From Octopus vulgaris (taxonomy: Eukaryota), in the NCBI GenBank assembly GCA_951406725.2, contig OX597815.1, positions 105,958,001 through 106,022,000 on the forward strand: a DNA stretch of 64,000 nt, written 5' to 3'. Below are positions 50,040-63,550 of the stretch, in pieces (within the stretch, counting starts at the first letter, position 1; each line of letters starts with the position of its first letter). Made by a program: the position numbers and the translations under genes. The notes below the pieces were generated by a model. The model searched no databases. It saw only the letters and a list, made by a program, of their open reading frames with translations, and was not told the origin of the DNA.

Positions 50040-51330
50040 GTGCTGCAGGACAGAGGACAAGGTAAACCACACCACATGCTTCCTAGAGATACTAGAAACC
50101 AACGAGTACCCTATATTCATTGTAAATCAGCTTAAGTACCCAGGGCGACAAACACACAGAAAACCCAGTAACACATGCTTCATTAAAATACCACATTTTA
50201 GTGAGAGGATAACTACAGCCATCCGAAGAGCCATAAGAAGAGAAGGATTAGACATACAACTAGCCCACTCCAGTCCCTTTCTGTGAAGACACCTACCAAA
50301 GAAAGGAGCAAGGGTCAGCAATCAGTGCACACTAACTAACCGCCCCATCCGTGACACAGATTTATGCCAACAGGTAAATGTTGTGTATAGAATGCAATAA
50401 GTTCTATATGGGTAGCACAAGACCGCTAGACATTCACATCAAAAAACATCTGAACACAAGTGCCTCCTCCTTCAGAAAACATCTAGACAGATGCCAGAAC
50501 ACTGACAAAAGCATAACTCATAATTGAGGCCAATGAAAGAAATTTGGGTAATCTAAGAATTAAGGAAGCTATCCTCATAAACAGACTAGGGCCCCAAATT
50601 AACAACAGGCTGGAGGTTGGCAATCAATATATTAGCCTCATCTGGATGCATATAGGTTCATTTTTGATAACATGCTCATGTATTATAAAAAAAAAAACTG
50701 CACGTAGGCGCAGAAGTGGCTATGTGGTAAGTAGCTTGCTTACCAATCACATTGTTCCAGGTTTAGTCCCACTGCATGGTACCTTGGGCATGTGTCTTTT
50801 GCTATAGCCTCGGGCCAACCAAAGCCTTGTGAGTGGATTTAGTAGATGGAAACTGAAAGAAGCTTGTCATATATATATGTATGTATGTATGTACATGTGT
50901 GTTTGTCCCCCCACCATCACTTGACAGCCGATGGTGACGTGTCTACGTCCCCATAACTTAGTAGTTTGGGAAAAGAGACTGAAGCAGTGCTCCAGCATGG
51001 CTGCAGTCAAATGACTGAAACAAAAATAAAGAATATAATACATAACTTAAAAACAGCACTGGGGGATGTGCCAACACACACAAGCTTGAGATATGGCCAC
51101 CCTCACGCACTTCTCATGAAGAATTCCGGAAGGAGCTTTGTGAGACCACTGCAGAGACACTTCCAGAAAAAAAATTTCAGTAACCTTTGGAGAACCAATT
51201 ATAGCAGTGACTCAATCAATTCCTAGCGATATCTGAAGAAGGAATTTTTATATTCCAAAATATTATGGATAATTGAATTATAACAGTTATTATAGTCCAC
51301 TCTGTATTGTTGTGCCAATCAAGACACATA
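50040..51330 (+). mobile_element. Penelope-like element 3' remnant (GIY-YIG endonuclease), interrupted by a CORE-like SINE at ~50704-51030
   Basis: CPIRDTDLCQQVNVVY...FYMGSTRPL..HIKKHL...LRIKEAILI.RL.PQIN motif series, plus a hammerhead-like motif at 51233. Confidence 0.8.
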
Positions 51331-52979
51331 TTTTAATAATAATATTCCTTTCAACCATAGGCACATGACCCGAAATTTTCGAGGAGGAAGAAATGCTGCA
51401 AAGCAACTTACCATGAAGTAAGATGGCTGCAGTTATCCTCTCACTAAAATGTGGTATTTTAATGAAGCATGTGTTACTGGGTTTTCTGTGTGTTTGTCAC
51501 CTTGGGTACTTATACTAAATGCTAAAGTAAATTTAAAATAATGAAACATTTTTTAAAGATAATTTAAGATGAACATATTTCTATATACTGACACCAATTT
51601 TTAACAGCCTATCATTAAAAAATTGTATTTCTCATAATAAAAGTGTTTAACAGTTTTGATACTAATCTTCCTGAAACAGTCAAAATTTATTGAAACAAAG
51701 GTTGTATATTTGGCTGAGAATGCCATCTCAGGTCATTTACATTATACAATAAAGATTCAAAGTTTTAAAAAATAACTGTTTTAACTAAATAGTGGATATA
51801 GTGTTTATTGTCCCAATTCATTGTGAAATTTACCCTGGAAGAAATATTTCAATCTTCCCTTCTTCCAGGGTAAATTTTCCTTTCTACATTCCCACAGCAT
51901 TTATCTTTTTAACTTCTGAATCCTCCTTTTTAAAATTTCATCCCAACCAACTTCAGCCATTAACCTCCCCTCCTCCAGGTACTTTTCTTTTTTGTCATAG
52001 CTGTTTATGAGAAATATATCTAATAAAAAAAAAAAGTATCAGCAGAATAATTTATAGACCTAAATATACAAAACAGATAGGATGTCATAAATTTGCTCAG
52101 CCAGAGCTGATTTCAGGTTAAAGAAATGGAATTGGTTATATCAGTACCCTCTCTCAACAGTACTTCACAGTTTCTGTCAACGACGCCCCATAGTCCCTAT
52201 TGACAATTCTCCCTAACAGTCTCTACTAGCAATGCTTCACAGCCTCTGCTGGTCACATTTCACAGCCTTTGACTGCAACACTCTGCATTCTCTAGAGTGT
52301 TGGGCATGTTATACAACCTATCATAAGTTTTAGAAATGCTTTCAAATTGTTAAGATTTAAACTGTTCACCTTCATTTAACTCTTTTCTGAATAAAAGATC
52401 AAGTGTTAACATGTGTTAACTACTGAAGTGTAAATCGTTAAAAATGCTCTGCTAAAAATGATTGCCACTAAAAAAAGTCATATTTCTATCAAACAGTATA
52501 AAATAACTTTACATACCAGCCAGAAAGCTTTAATCTAGCTAGTCCCTTAAATTTCACAGTGTAAAAATTAAATGTTTCCAAACAAGCACCATACTGTTTT
52601 TAAAATGGAAGTGAAGCCAACAGTTTTAATTCCTAAATCCTCAATTTAAAATCAGCATATGTCTTATTAAAAATAGGATGGTTATAGCTGAAAATCCCAA
52701 TTGAATGCACTTTTTAATTGATATCTTCTGTGCTTAAATTAATCCTGAATCTTTATTTTTAATAAATAATAATATTACTAATACCAATTTAAAACAAAAA
52801 TTAACTGGATTTTATTGTTTCTCTTTTCTCTTTCAAATTCTCAAGAATGCTTTCTCTGTGAAGAATATAAAATTAATTGCAGGCTACCATAGAGAATGCA
52901 CCTTTAGGAAATGTCTTCATGTTGTTATGTTAATTGCCAAATCAGTGAATTTTCTACACTAAAATTATACATTCTTCAA

Positions 52980-53365
52980 GGACTGAGAGAGATGATAAAG
53001 GACCAAGATGTCTGGCACCTTGCTGTACATAAAAAGACCTATCCTCCACAGCAGAAGTGTTAATGCCACTCCTCTTGCTGAAGAGGATTGGCCTGAAAGA
53101 CCCCTGTGCTAGTACCACATAAAAAGCACCTGTACCAGCACCACGTAATAGAACCTATGCTGGTGCTATGTAAAAGTACCTGTGCAGGTGCCATGTAAAA
53201 GCACCCAGCACACTCTGCAAAGTAAGCTAGCATTAAGAAGGGCATCCAGCCATAGAAGCCAAGCTAAATCAGACTGGAACCTGGTGTAGCTCCCCTGCTT
53301 GCCAGTTCTGGCCAAATCATCCAACCCATACCAACATGAAAAATGGATGTTAAAGGAAGAGGAGA
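52980..53365 (+). mobile_element. RTE 3' fragment
   Basis: GCATTAAGAAGGGCATCCAGCC block and tail. Confidence 0.7.
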
Positions 53366-53827
53366 AGTATATAGTCTGATAGTTTTGTACTATGCTTTTC
53401 TGAGGAGATCTAATATGGCCAAAGCATGTTTCACATTGTCACCATACTTCCCAAATACCAACCTCAGTCACTTGTCCTCTACATATCTCCATTTAATCTT
53501 TTATTAACTTTAATGTCAGGGTTTTTCTCTTTTGTTCTTTTTTATAGGACTTGTCTTCAGTTGTAATTGCAATTGGTTAAAACATATTTTCATTCTTGGT
53601 AGCCTGCATTTGGCTATATATTCTTCATGCAGAAGTCACCCTTATGAATATTTTCAATGTTATTTTAACAAACACATCTTTAAACTACAATAATTAGCAC
53701 ATCTTTTAACCTATTATAATAGTTGGCATAATTGCTATAATAATAGATTAACATAAATTAACACAATTTCTTTTAACTTAAGATTAAACCTTTTTTTATT
53801 TAAACTTTGGTTTTTCTCTTAATTTAG

Positions 53828-54035
53828 GTACTTTCTGTGTTCTTTTGAGCTTTCCTTTTATCTTCAATCCCTGCATTACTTGTGACAATGAGCCAGATTC
53901 CATACAACTAATATACTACATATCCTTCATCCTGGTTTTTCAATTTGGTTGGGCAAATGTTCAGATTTCCCATCTGTCTCTCATCCCAGAATTGACCAAA
54001 AACAAACATGAACGTGTGTCACTGAACAGTATACG
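53828..54035 (+). CDS. MFSD12: MFSD12 orthologue coding exon 3
   Basis: TTTAG acceptor. (G)[15 protein letters not shown]...[20 protein letters not shown]...ERVSLNSIR. Donor GTAAGG, phase 2. Confidence 0.96.
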
Positions 54036-55444
54036 GTAAGGTTCTATTTTTATATTGGCCGCAAGAATTTTTCAGATTTCAAAGAAAACGGTACATATAC
54101 CTACATGTATGTATACATACATATAAGCATACATTAATACATGCATTTAAACAGACATTTATGCATACACATATTTATACATTGTCCAACTGTATGTTGT
54201 TAATCCATTTAGTCACTTCACTTTAGAGAAAGGTATCAACATCACAACTCCCCATTTTTACTTTCCTTATAACTTTAATGTTTCATATCTGAAAAAGACA
54301 TTTTATTTTCCTTTGTGAAATATTCTTCTTGTTTCTGTTTTCCTGGCATTTGTACATATGGCTACAGCTGCCCATTGGTGCTTGTACCCTGTGTGTGGGT
54401 GTGTGTTTGTGTACATGCTTGAGCTTGTGAGTTGTGTGTGTTTCCATGTGTCAAACATTACAATGCACACAATACTTGATACTACAAGTCTGCTACTGCC
54501 CACTCATCAGGGCCTATAAGAGAGGAATATTCAGCTGATACATTGTTTGAGACTTTTTCAACTAAGAAGGGTCTCTTGAATATCTAAAGGTCCCCTCCAT
54601 TAAAGAGAAATGTAAAAATTTTACACTTCCATTCTGTTCCATTATTTTACAAAGATTATCAAACATGTTATCTATTTAGGCATATCCCTTCACATCTCAC
54701 ATGCAACAAAATTTCAGTGTCCCAAGTCCCACAAGTGGCTTGTTGCTACTGCTGTTTGAGCAAAATCAAGGCAAATCTCATCCACTCTTTGAAACTGGGC
54801 TAGAATTCACACAGCCTGGAAGCTTTCTTGCTTCTCAAATTGCACCTAGTCCTTTTGGTTCCTTGCCAAAACAAATCTCAACCAACTTTACAGAGGCCTT
54901 ATTTTCTTCTCTGCTAAACACTTGCATACTTAAACACACACACATGCACGTGCATGCATGCATACACAGACACACACACACAACATATATATATGTGTAA
55001 GTGTGTATGTATCAGGATTACAGTTTTTCAAATTGTGAACTATACTTTGATCTTAGTTAAAGTAGAGAGAAGCAACCTTTTAGCTAAGAAGAAAGTGTAG
55101 CTTTTAAATACTTAAAATTTATCAAAGTTTCTGTAAGAACAAAATTACAGACTATACTTTACAGTTCCTGTAAGTGTGAAATCCTGTAAATTGAGATAGC
55201 CTTAACACAACAGAGGAGTGCTTCTACTTATTATTACTTGCTGAATCACATGCCATGAGCATCATAAAATAGCTTGTGTGTGAGGTATTTTTCCAATAAA
55301 CTTCAAACCATGCAAGCAAACTTTTTAGGGATAGTGATTATGAAGCAAATATAATGATGGGGAAGTGTATGCAGGTTGAAGCCTATTTGTATGTTTACAA
55401 GATCTGTCAATTGCACATGCAAGCATTCTTTTCAGATGCATAAT

Positions 55445-55808
55445 GCTTCTGTCCCCCATACCAGTGTCTTGCTAGCACACACCTTCCACACCCTCAGAGT
55501 GAGCACACTTATGTTGGCACATTGAAAGGTAGGTCTAGTGAGATTGTTGAGATGCTTGAACAGAGACTTGTAGATTTGTGCTGCATCCAAGAAGTAAGAT
55601 GGAGAGGAAGTACTGCTCGGTTCCTCACAGGCAAAGAACATAGGTATAACATAGGTAGGGAACACTGATGGGGTTAGGGGTGTAGGTATACTCCCTGTGG
55701 AGAAATGGGTTGATAATGTAATCGAGGTAGTCAGAGTCTGTGATAGAATACTTCAGCTTAGTTTAGTGCTGCAACATGGATTAGCAACCATTATCTCGGA
55801 CTATGCCC
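55445..55808 (+). mobile_element. RTE LINE 5' ORF fragment (APE endonuclease N-terminus)
   Basis: GTLKGRSSEIVEMLEQRLVDLCCIQEVRWRG; followed by a SINE 3' half at ~55810-55975. Confidence 0.75.
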
Positions 55809-56199
55809 AGTGTTGATTTGTTTATGTCTCTGTGACTTAGTGGTTTGGCAAGAGAGACTAATAGACCAGGCTTAAAAAGGGTATGTATTGAGGTCAGTTC
55901 ATTCAGCTAAAATCCTTGAAGGCAATGCCCCAGCATGGCCACAATCTAAAGACTGAAACAAATAAAAGGTAAAAAGGTAAACAGGCCACATTTTTGCTTT
56001 ATACTGCCAAAAGGCATTTTCTTGCTTACCTTTTAATTTCCTAATTTTAACACTAGTACTCTTCATCAAAATGATTAGAATAAAACATATTTACTAATGA
56101 ATGATAGAAATACATGACACATTAGTTGGTTTGAACAAAATATGTACAAGTTATCCTGCTGCAATGAGAGGATATCAAGAAGGATATAAGTGGCTAACT

Positions 56200-57100
56200 T
56201 TATCACTTGTTGAAATAAAAAGTAATTACATGGCACATAATCTAACTGATATGCTTTGAGATGAAACCATTAAATCTTATCTTCATTTTGCTTGCTGTAT
56301 TATCTTTAAATTTGAGCTTGAAAATGCTGCTTTTCAAGCTTTAAATTCCAATCTTAGCCAATTGTTTGAAAACTTTGAAGAATGAGAAACTTTATATTAC
56401 AAAAGGTTTCTAGCAAAGAAATGATCCAAGCCATATAACTTGGAAAGTGCTTCAAATATGCTTTTCATCTAGAAAATGGAGTTGAGTCATTATTAGACAC
56501 AACAGTAAAACTGGAAATATGAAGTTTCATCAGCAGAATATGAGATATCAAATTGATTGCATAGTTTCAGACTTCTGAAAATTCACATCAGTGTAACTCG
56601 AGCCCCTGTAGTTCCAGTAGAAACAGCTTGTAGCCAGACTTAAATCTATCTTAATTCATGGTGGGTGATTTAATTTGTATATCAATACTTAGTTGACATC
56701 TGTTAAATTTATAATTATGATACAAAATATAGAATCAAAGATCATAATATTTCTCTACTGAATATAATTTTGTTGTGGAAAGAAAACAGCTGGCACCAAT
56801 ATGTAAATCAGTTTGCCTTGTATAAGTTAATACACGTTTTTTTTTTAAATGCATTAAACCATTTTTACTGAACATCATGACAAGCAAAGTTGAATGAACT
56901 GTAAAACAAAATGTGCTTTGAAATGTTTAAAGAACACAAGCTGTTACAGTATCAAAAGTAGATGCAAAGAAAAATCCTGTCTTTGGCTTGTGGTTTTTGT
57001 TCTGCTATGGAACAAAATCTTTAGTTCAGACCTGTACCTGATAGTACAGCATAAGTATTGAAGAGACTACATAAACACTTTCCAAATAAATCAAGAATTG
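56200..57100 (-). mobile_element. possible ancient hAT transposase remnant
   Basis: Weak residual motifs (SADETS, AVSTG) in hAT order; many stops. Confidence 0.3.
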
Positions 57101-58809
57101 TTCTGGTGCTATAAAAAGTTTGAGAAAGTTCTATTACTGAGACAAGTTAGTGGGACAAAAATCTTCTCAAGCTTAAGTCATTTGCATATATAAAACAAAT
57201 TCTTTGGAAACAAACTACAGAGACTATTTAAGACTGTAATTTGAGGATAGTTTTTCCAGTTTTATGTAGTCATTAACAAACAGCTGGTTTTTAATGAGAG
57301 TACTGAATGTTATTGATAATATTACTGTAGACTTTGACAAGTATTAATAACCACTGGCCAATTAATCCTGTCTGAATATACCTGTTATCACTCTGAAGTG
57401 ATGCCTAGGGGATACCTAAAGTGCTTTACATATTGGCTTAAAATATAGAATGGCAAGAATTTCAATTATGATCCATTCTGTATCAAAGACAAGTAGGAAA
57501 GAGTAATGTATCAACTTCATCATTCACTATCAAGTTTAATTAAAAGTGTGGCAAAGGTGTATAAAGGAAGGATACCAGACTGAGGTCTAATAATTGACAT
57601 TCAATAGAAAGCCACCTACTTGTTTACTTAAAATGATGATGAAGATGAAAATGACATACCAGACAGAATTGCTATTGCATACACAGATCAAGAACAAAAA
57701 GAGCCACTTGGCAAATTACTTGCCTGAACATTATATATAAGCTCTACACCAACTGTCTTAAACATTTCTTGCAAGACCATTGCAGGTACATCAAGTTTAA
57801 CCATCAATAATTTGATGAAGAAAGAGGGTGAAATAAGAGTGTGGTTATGTACTAAACGACTTTTAATAAAGCTGTGGTGTTTGAAGTAAATTATGAACAT
57901 TGTATAGAGCTTTCTTCTTCCTGCTTCAAGGGCATTAAAAAGCTCTCATGGGCACTGCCCTTTCTTTTCTGACTTTGTCATTAAAAAATCTGTAACTCTT
58001 CACTATTGTTGTTTTTTCTAACTTTGTTTATGTTAGAGAGAAACCAAATCCTTTTTTATACGATAGATTCAAATAAGAAAAGGAAGAGACCTTACATAGT
58101 TGCAAAAATAGCTGTGTTGTTACATAGTTTGCTCTGTAACCATATGGTTCTAGATTTGATCCCACATAGAGCAAGTGTCTTCTACCTGTAGCCATAGACT
58201 GATTAATGCCTTTTAAGTAGAGTTTGATTGATAGAAACTGTAGGAACCTGTCATATATACATGTGTGTGAAAGAGAGAGAGAGAGCCCATCATCATTGTT
58301 TTTACATCTGCTTTTCCTTCTGGCATAGGTTGGGTGGTCTGGAGAAGAGGAAGTAATGGCAATCAGTACAGGGGAGTAAATGGAATAGCGTATCAGATAC
58401 CAACAGATATTTTCAGTCCCTCATTACTCAGTTCACTTCAAGGCACACACAAACTTACCTGAAATGTCATTCACAGACTTGAATAAGTCAACTTTCATTG
58501 TGTTATCAGTCCAAAGTCCAAAATGTAATTTGAATGAAATAACTCAATTATGGATTAAAAGCAAATTCCAAAATTACTTTATTAGGACACTCTACATACA
58601 TATTCTACTGACATTATTTATTATCATTATTATTATTATGGCTGGGTTCCAACCTGGACCACAGCAACAAAATCCACCCACTACACTTCTCAGTCCAAAA
58701 TCACTGCCTTGAGATCCTGGATACATTTCAAGTTGTTGATGTGTTTCAATATTTTTCTCTTCTTTCATCACTATTATAAGTTTGTTTTTTTTATTTTTCC
58801 TTTTTTCAG

Positions 58810-58918
58810 TTATGCTTTTACAGTGCTATCAAATTTAGCAGTATATATTATATTTTGGATAATATTTAATATGAATGTTGGTGAAAAGTTAGGAAGGAAA
58901 GATAGTGGCAAGTTTGAG
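58810..58918 (+). CDS. MFSD12: MFSD12 orthologue coding exon 4
   Basis: TTTTTTCAG acceptor. (R)YAFTVLSNLAVYIIFW...DSGKFE. Donor GTAAGA, phase 0. Confidence 0.95.
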
Positions 58919-59845
58919 GTAAGACATATTTCTCTTTTAATCTCATTACTTTGTTACATACTATTTCAATTGTTAGTGGCCTCATCAGCTTCAATCATAT
59001 GTTCATCACCTTAAAGACCATCAAAATCATATGACTTACCAGACATTTGTAAGTCAATGATGGAGCCTCTGTGTGGCCTTTCAGCTTTCTAGAAATACGA
59101 GTAAAATCACTATCAAATCATACTTTACTGTTTTAAAATGGAAGGACATATTGGATAATGTAATCCTAGATACTTTGTGTAGAAGAAAATAGATGTGTTT
59201 ATGTCTGGAATACCTTTGATTGTAGGCTGCTTGAATAGGGCTATCCAGAGGCTAAACAAATCCACTTGTAAAGTCAACAAATCTAGTTATGTAGTAATTT
59301 ACATAATTCTATGTACTTGTCAGTGTCAAGCTGAGATTAATGTCAAATACCCAGAGATAACTAGGAATTAAGATTTTAAAATATTCACGTGAAAATCAAT
59401 ACCAGCATATTTTAATTTCAGAAGCAGTTGATGTTAAGTGAAATATTTTTGTTCAATTACATTCCATAATAGAAATAAAGCTCCAATGAGCTGAGGCTAT
59501 GACATTTCCAGTTTCTGGTGATAACTATTTCTTTTGACTATAATTAATAATACTCTGAGGGAAAGGTATGAAAACCCATCTCTCCAATCCTTGAAATCCC
59601 TGCTACTAATTATGAACAGTACAGCAGCATTTAATGGACCAATCTGTTTATTAACAGATAAGCTTGTGAAGTATTCAATCAAAAACCCATAGGACCATTC
59701 CATTTACATTCAGAAGTTTGTTATTTCTTAGTTACACACCCTGACAGCTTCCATCCTAACTAAAATAAATGAAGTACAAGTTTAGTACTGAATTCCCTTG
59801 CTCCTAAATATATGGTCTTGTGCTTATGTTAGAAATCATTATTAA

Positions 59846-60063
59846 CCCTTTAGCATTTAAACTGGCCATAGCTGGCCAATATTCTGCCTCTTTTATGTTC
59901 AAACTGGTCAGATCCAACATCTCACACATACCCAACAATGTCATTCTAAAAATAAACAACCACATCATCAAAATTTTGAAGTTACAAGTCAATGCTTGAT
60001 TAATTCAAAACAATGTGAATAAATAAGCATTTCATTTGACAGAATAATTTGAATGCTAATGGG
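59846..60063. mobile_element. piggyBac-type MITE
   Basis: TTAA-CCCTTTAGCATT...AATGCTAATGGG-TTAA. Confidence 0.85.
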
Positions 60064-60251
60064 TTAATACAAAATAATTACAAGTAAATATAACAGTGCA
60101 TTTGTATTTTCATTAGCTACAAGATACAAGTTTTTAAAAAAAAACTTAAATATTTGGAACCAGTAAAAGAGAAATTCTCTTCATTTTCTTCTTCTCTCAT
60201 TTGCATTTGTTATTTACATATTTTCCATTTACAATGTTTCTTTATTTTCAG

Positions 60252-60434
60252 CTACTTGTATTTATAGTGACTGGAATTGGAGTATTTTTCTCCTTTACAT
60301 TTCATATTCTCTCCCCAGAGAAAATGTACTCCACACCAGTTGCAGCAGAAAACAAGGAACAAGAAGGTTTATTGTCATGCACTCAAAGTATAATGACATG
60401 GAAAGACTGGTGGTATGAACCACAGTTTTACATG
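60252..60434 (+). CDS. MFSD12: MFSD12 orthologue coding exon 5 (gene continues beyond window)
   Basis: TTTTCAG acceptor. LLVFIVTGIGVFFSFTFH...EQEGLL...MTWKDWWYEPQFYM (compare WKHWLREPAFYQ). Donor GTATAC, phase 0. Confidence 0.92.
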
Positions 60435-60481
60435 GTATACAGATCATTTTTAACATATTCTTTATTCTCATCATTCTCTTA

Positions 60482-61322
60482 CAAGGTGGTATCAAAAAGT
60501 TCCTGGACTAGTTCTCTAGCACACCAACAGATGGCAGTACATGGTTGTGTGTGCAGTGAGAGCTGGCAATGTGTCAAGTGACATTGCTATGTTTACTTTG
60601 CAAGTTGTGAAATTTTTGTTTTTGTGACCACGTGTCTGCTGTAGTCTACTATTTTTGTCATGGACAGGATGTTGGAACAAAGAGCCATGATAAAATTTTG
60701 CATTAAACGTGGAAAGTCTGCTACAGAGACATGAGCATGCTTTGGCAAGCTTGTTGTGATGAGGCAATGGGTCATGCACAATGTTTCAAATGGCATGGAC
60801 ACTTCAGAAGCAGAAGACTGTCCCTGAAAGATGGTGAGCAATCTGGAAGATCTGCCTCCAGCATCACCCCTGGAAATATTGTATTGTGCATTGAAAATTA
60901 GTACCCCAGGGCCAGACCTGCAATGTTTTGAAGTGTTTAAATGAGGACATTCAGTGAAAGTAACCAGAACTGTAGAGCACAAAGAATTGGATTCTTCATG
61001 ACAACAATGCACCCTATCACTGAGCTCTCCCCACTTTCACACCTGCCCCATTCACCAGATTTAGCACCTTCCCCAAGACAAAAATGCAGCTCAAAGGTCA
61101 CTGTTTTAACACCACTGTCAAAATCAAAAGCAAATTACAGAAGGTCTTTGACTCGCTTATGGAAATTGACTTCCAGGCCGGATTCCCAAGGCGGTACGAA
61201 TGCTGGGACTGGTGTGTTGTTGCTCAAGGTGACTATTTCAAAGGAGGTGATGTTAAAACTTAGGTAAATAAGTTATATTTTATTAAACATGACTAGTCCG
61301 GGGAATTTTTAATACCACCTCG
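60482..61322 (+). mobile_element. internally deleted mariner (DD34D-type) element
   Basis: TA-flanked ~30-bp TIRs (CAAGGTGGTATCAAAAAGTTCCTGGACTAGT / ACTAGTCCGGGGAATTTTTAATACCACCTCG); EQRAMIKFC, LHDNNAP and HSPDLAP motifs. Confidence 0.9.
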
Positions 61323-63394
61323 TATTTATAGTTGTCATTCTTCTTTCCTGTTTTTTGTTTTACCTTTTTTTCCCTCTTTTTCTTTGTTTCTTGTAAGTCA
61401 TCTCTCTTGTGAGATCCTTCAAGCTTAGAAATTTTTTCTGTTTGAAGACTGCATGTGAAATCTGATTTTGCCAAATAAAAGAAAATTTTATTTACTATAC
61501 AGAAAAGAAATTATAAATATTTAGATAAGAGGTAAAAATGTAAATTTGTGTTTATAGATAATTTGACATTTTAAGAACATTAGAATAAATATATAAAGTG
61601 CAAAAATGTATTTTTTTATGTAAAATCCAGACTCCTCCCTTAAAATTACACTTAAGGGTTACAAAGGTTGCAGGTGACCTTCAGTACAATTTCATGTTAC
61701 AAAGATAGTTGAACAGAAAATTGTTCCAAACTAGTTTGTAAACCTTAAGATGTTTGGATTTTCATAGATCAAGTATTTAATATATGATCTGCCATGCCAA
61801 AACTGACATTGAAGCTCACTAGATCCTGTCAAACCACCCAACCCATGCCAGCATGGACAATGGACATTAAAGGAGGAGGAGGAGGAAGAGGAAAGGCTGA
61901 TATACCAAGTCCTACACAGCTTATTAGTTCAGAGAAGTAGGAACTGTTGTAATAGTTGTAGAAGAGATAGAGAGGACACAGTATTTTGGTGAGCTTTTGG
62001 TTATAATGGGTTTGTGAGTGAAAATCTGTTAATGAGACAGATTCCTTTTCTTTTGTATTTTGATATAGTCTGCTGTTGTGCATGACAGCAACAATATCTC
62101 AGTTCGTATATGAAGTACTCCAGAGTAGGTCGTAGTTGAATCTTTTTAGTCAGCATTCTTTCAGAACTGAAGTATGATCTAGTCCTGCTGAGAACATCTA
62201 CTCCGGTGTATAGTTTTGGCTATGATATAGATGTGTGTGTCACTCTGAGATTTCATCAGAACAGATTTTATGGCTGGATAGCCCATGAGAAATACTGTTT
62301 TTGTCCAGATACAAATGTTACTACAGCTCTATATAGATATAATAACTGTTGTGCCTGAGCAGATTCATCTGATGTTAATGAAGCAGTTTAAAAACCATTA
62401 TTTACCATTAGTCAGTTTCATTATCATTCCAGTAAGCAACTATGTCAACTATTATTATCTGCTAATTGTTTTTAATTTTGAAATGAGTTCTGTTGTCAGG
62501 ATGATCAGCCTTTGGACACCCTCCTCTTCCACATACAAATGAGACACAGTATGTCATTGATGGTAGAATTGTGCTCAATTTGTAGAGAAAATATTCTCTT
62601 TTTTAACAGCTGTTACTGTATGAAGCATTCTACTGGAGGAGATATTAATTTGATATTAGGAAGACATTAAACAGTTGTTCAAAAAATTATCATTAACAAT
62701 ATATTCTGACATACTTAATATAACAACCAAATTATTGAGAAAAGTTATCATTAAATTATATTAATTTCTAAATGCAAAGTTCATATTAAAACAATTCATA
62801 AAACCATTTTTTTTTCTTTTTTTGGTTTATGAAGTCTATCTGATATTTCCTTATACGTCTCCATTACCATATGTCTACATTCACATTCAATCAATATAGA
62901 AGCTTGGGACTAACAGAGAGTATAATCCATTCCACCTCTCATTCAACAAAAATATGCCTATCAGATATTACAGGTGTAATATATATTATAAAATAGCTGT
63001 TTTAAATAATAAATATTAAAGACATTTTGAAGTTGAAATTGCAAATCATTAGCAAATAAATTAACAATTATTTAAAATTTATGTTTCCACCAGCTGCAAG
63101 GCTTAAGTAACCATAACTTAGTTTTAGATTCAGTAGTACTAAGCAAACAAAAGATAAGTCTTCTCCAAGATAAAACTAGCTTTTCTCTTTAGAACCAGAA
63201 AATAATTCAGCCCCCAACAACAGTTAAGTCTATAAAGCTATCTATCACTCTGTCACCCTATCTTTGTTGTTGCTAGTGGCACAATAAAATGCACCCAATA
63301 TTGTTTGTTAAGTATTGGGTTGGGAGGATCCTTTAGTCTTATTGAAGATGTGACAGCCTCTCTAGAGCTGTGCAATGAAAGAATGCATCCAGTA

Positions 63395-63550
63395 AAATCT
63401 ATAAAATGATTGGTGTTGGAAGGGCATCCAGCCATAGAGACCAAACTAAAAACGAAACTTCGAAGTCAGATGAGGTCCTTCAACACGTCTAGGTTACAAC
63501 CTGCCAAATCCATGTCAGCATGAAGAGCAGATACATCATCATCATCATCA
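63395..63550 (+). mobile_element. old RTE 3' tail
   Basis: TGGTGTTGGAAGGGCATCCAGCC block. Confidence 0.6.
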
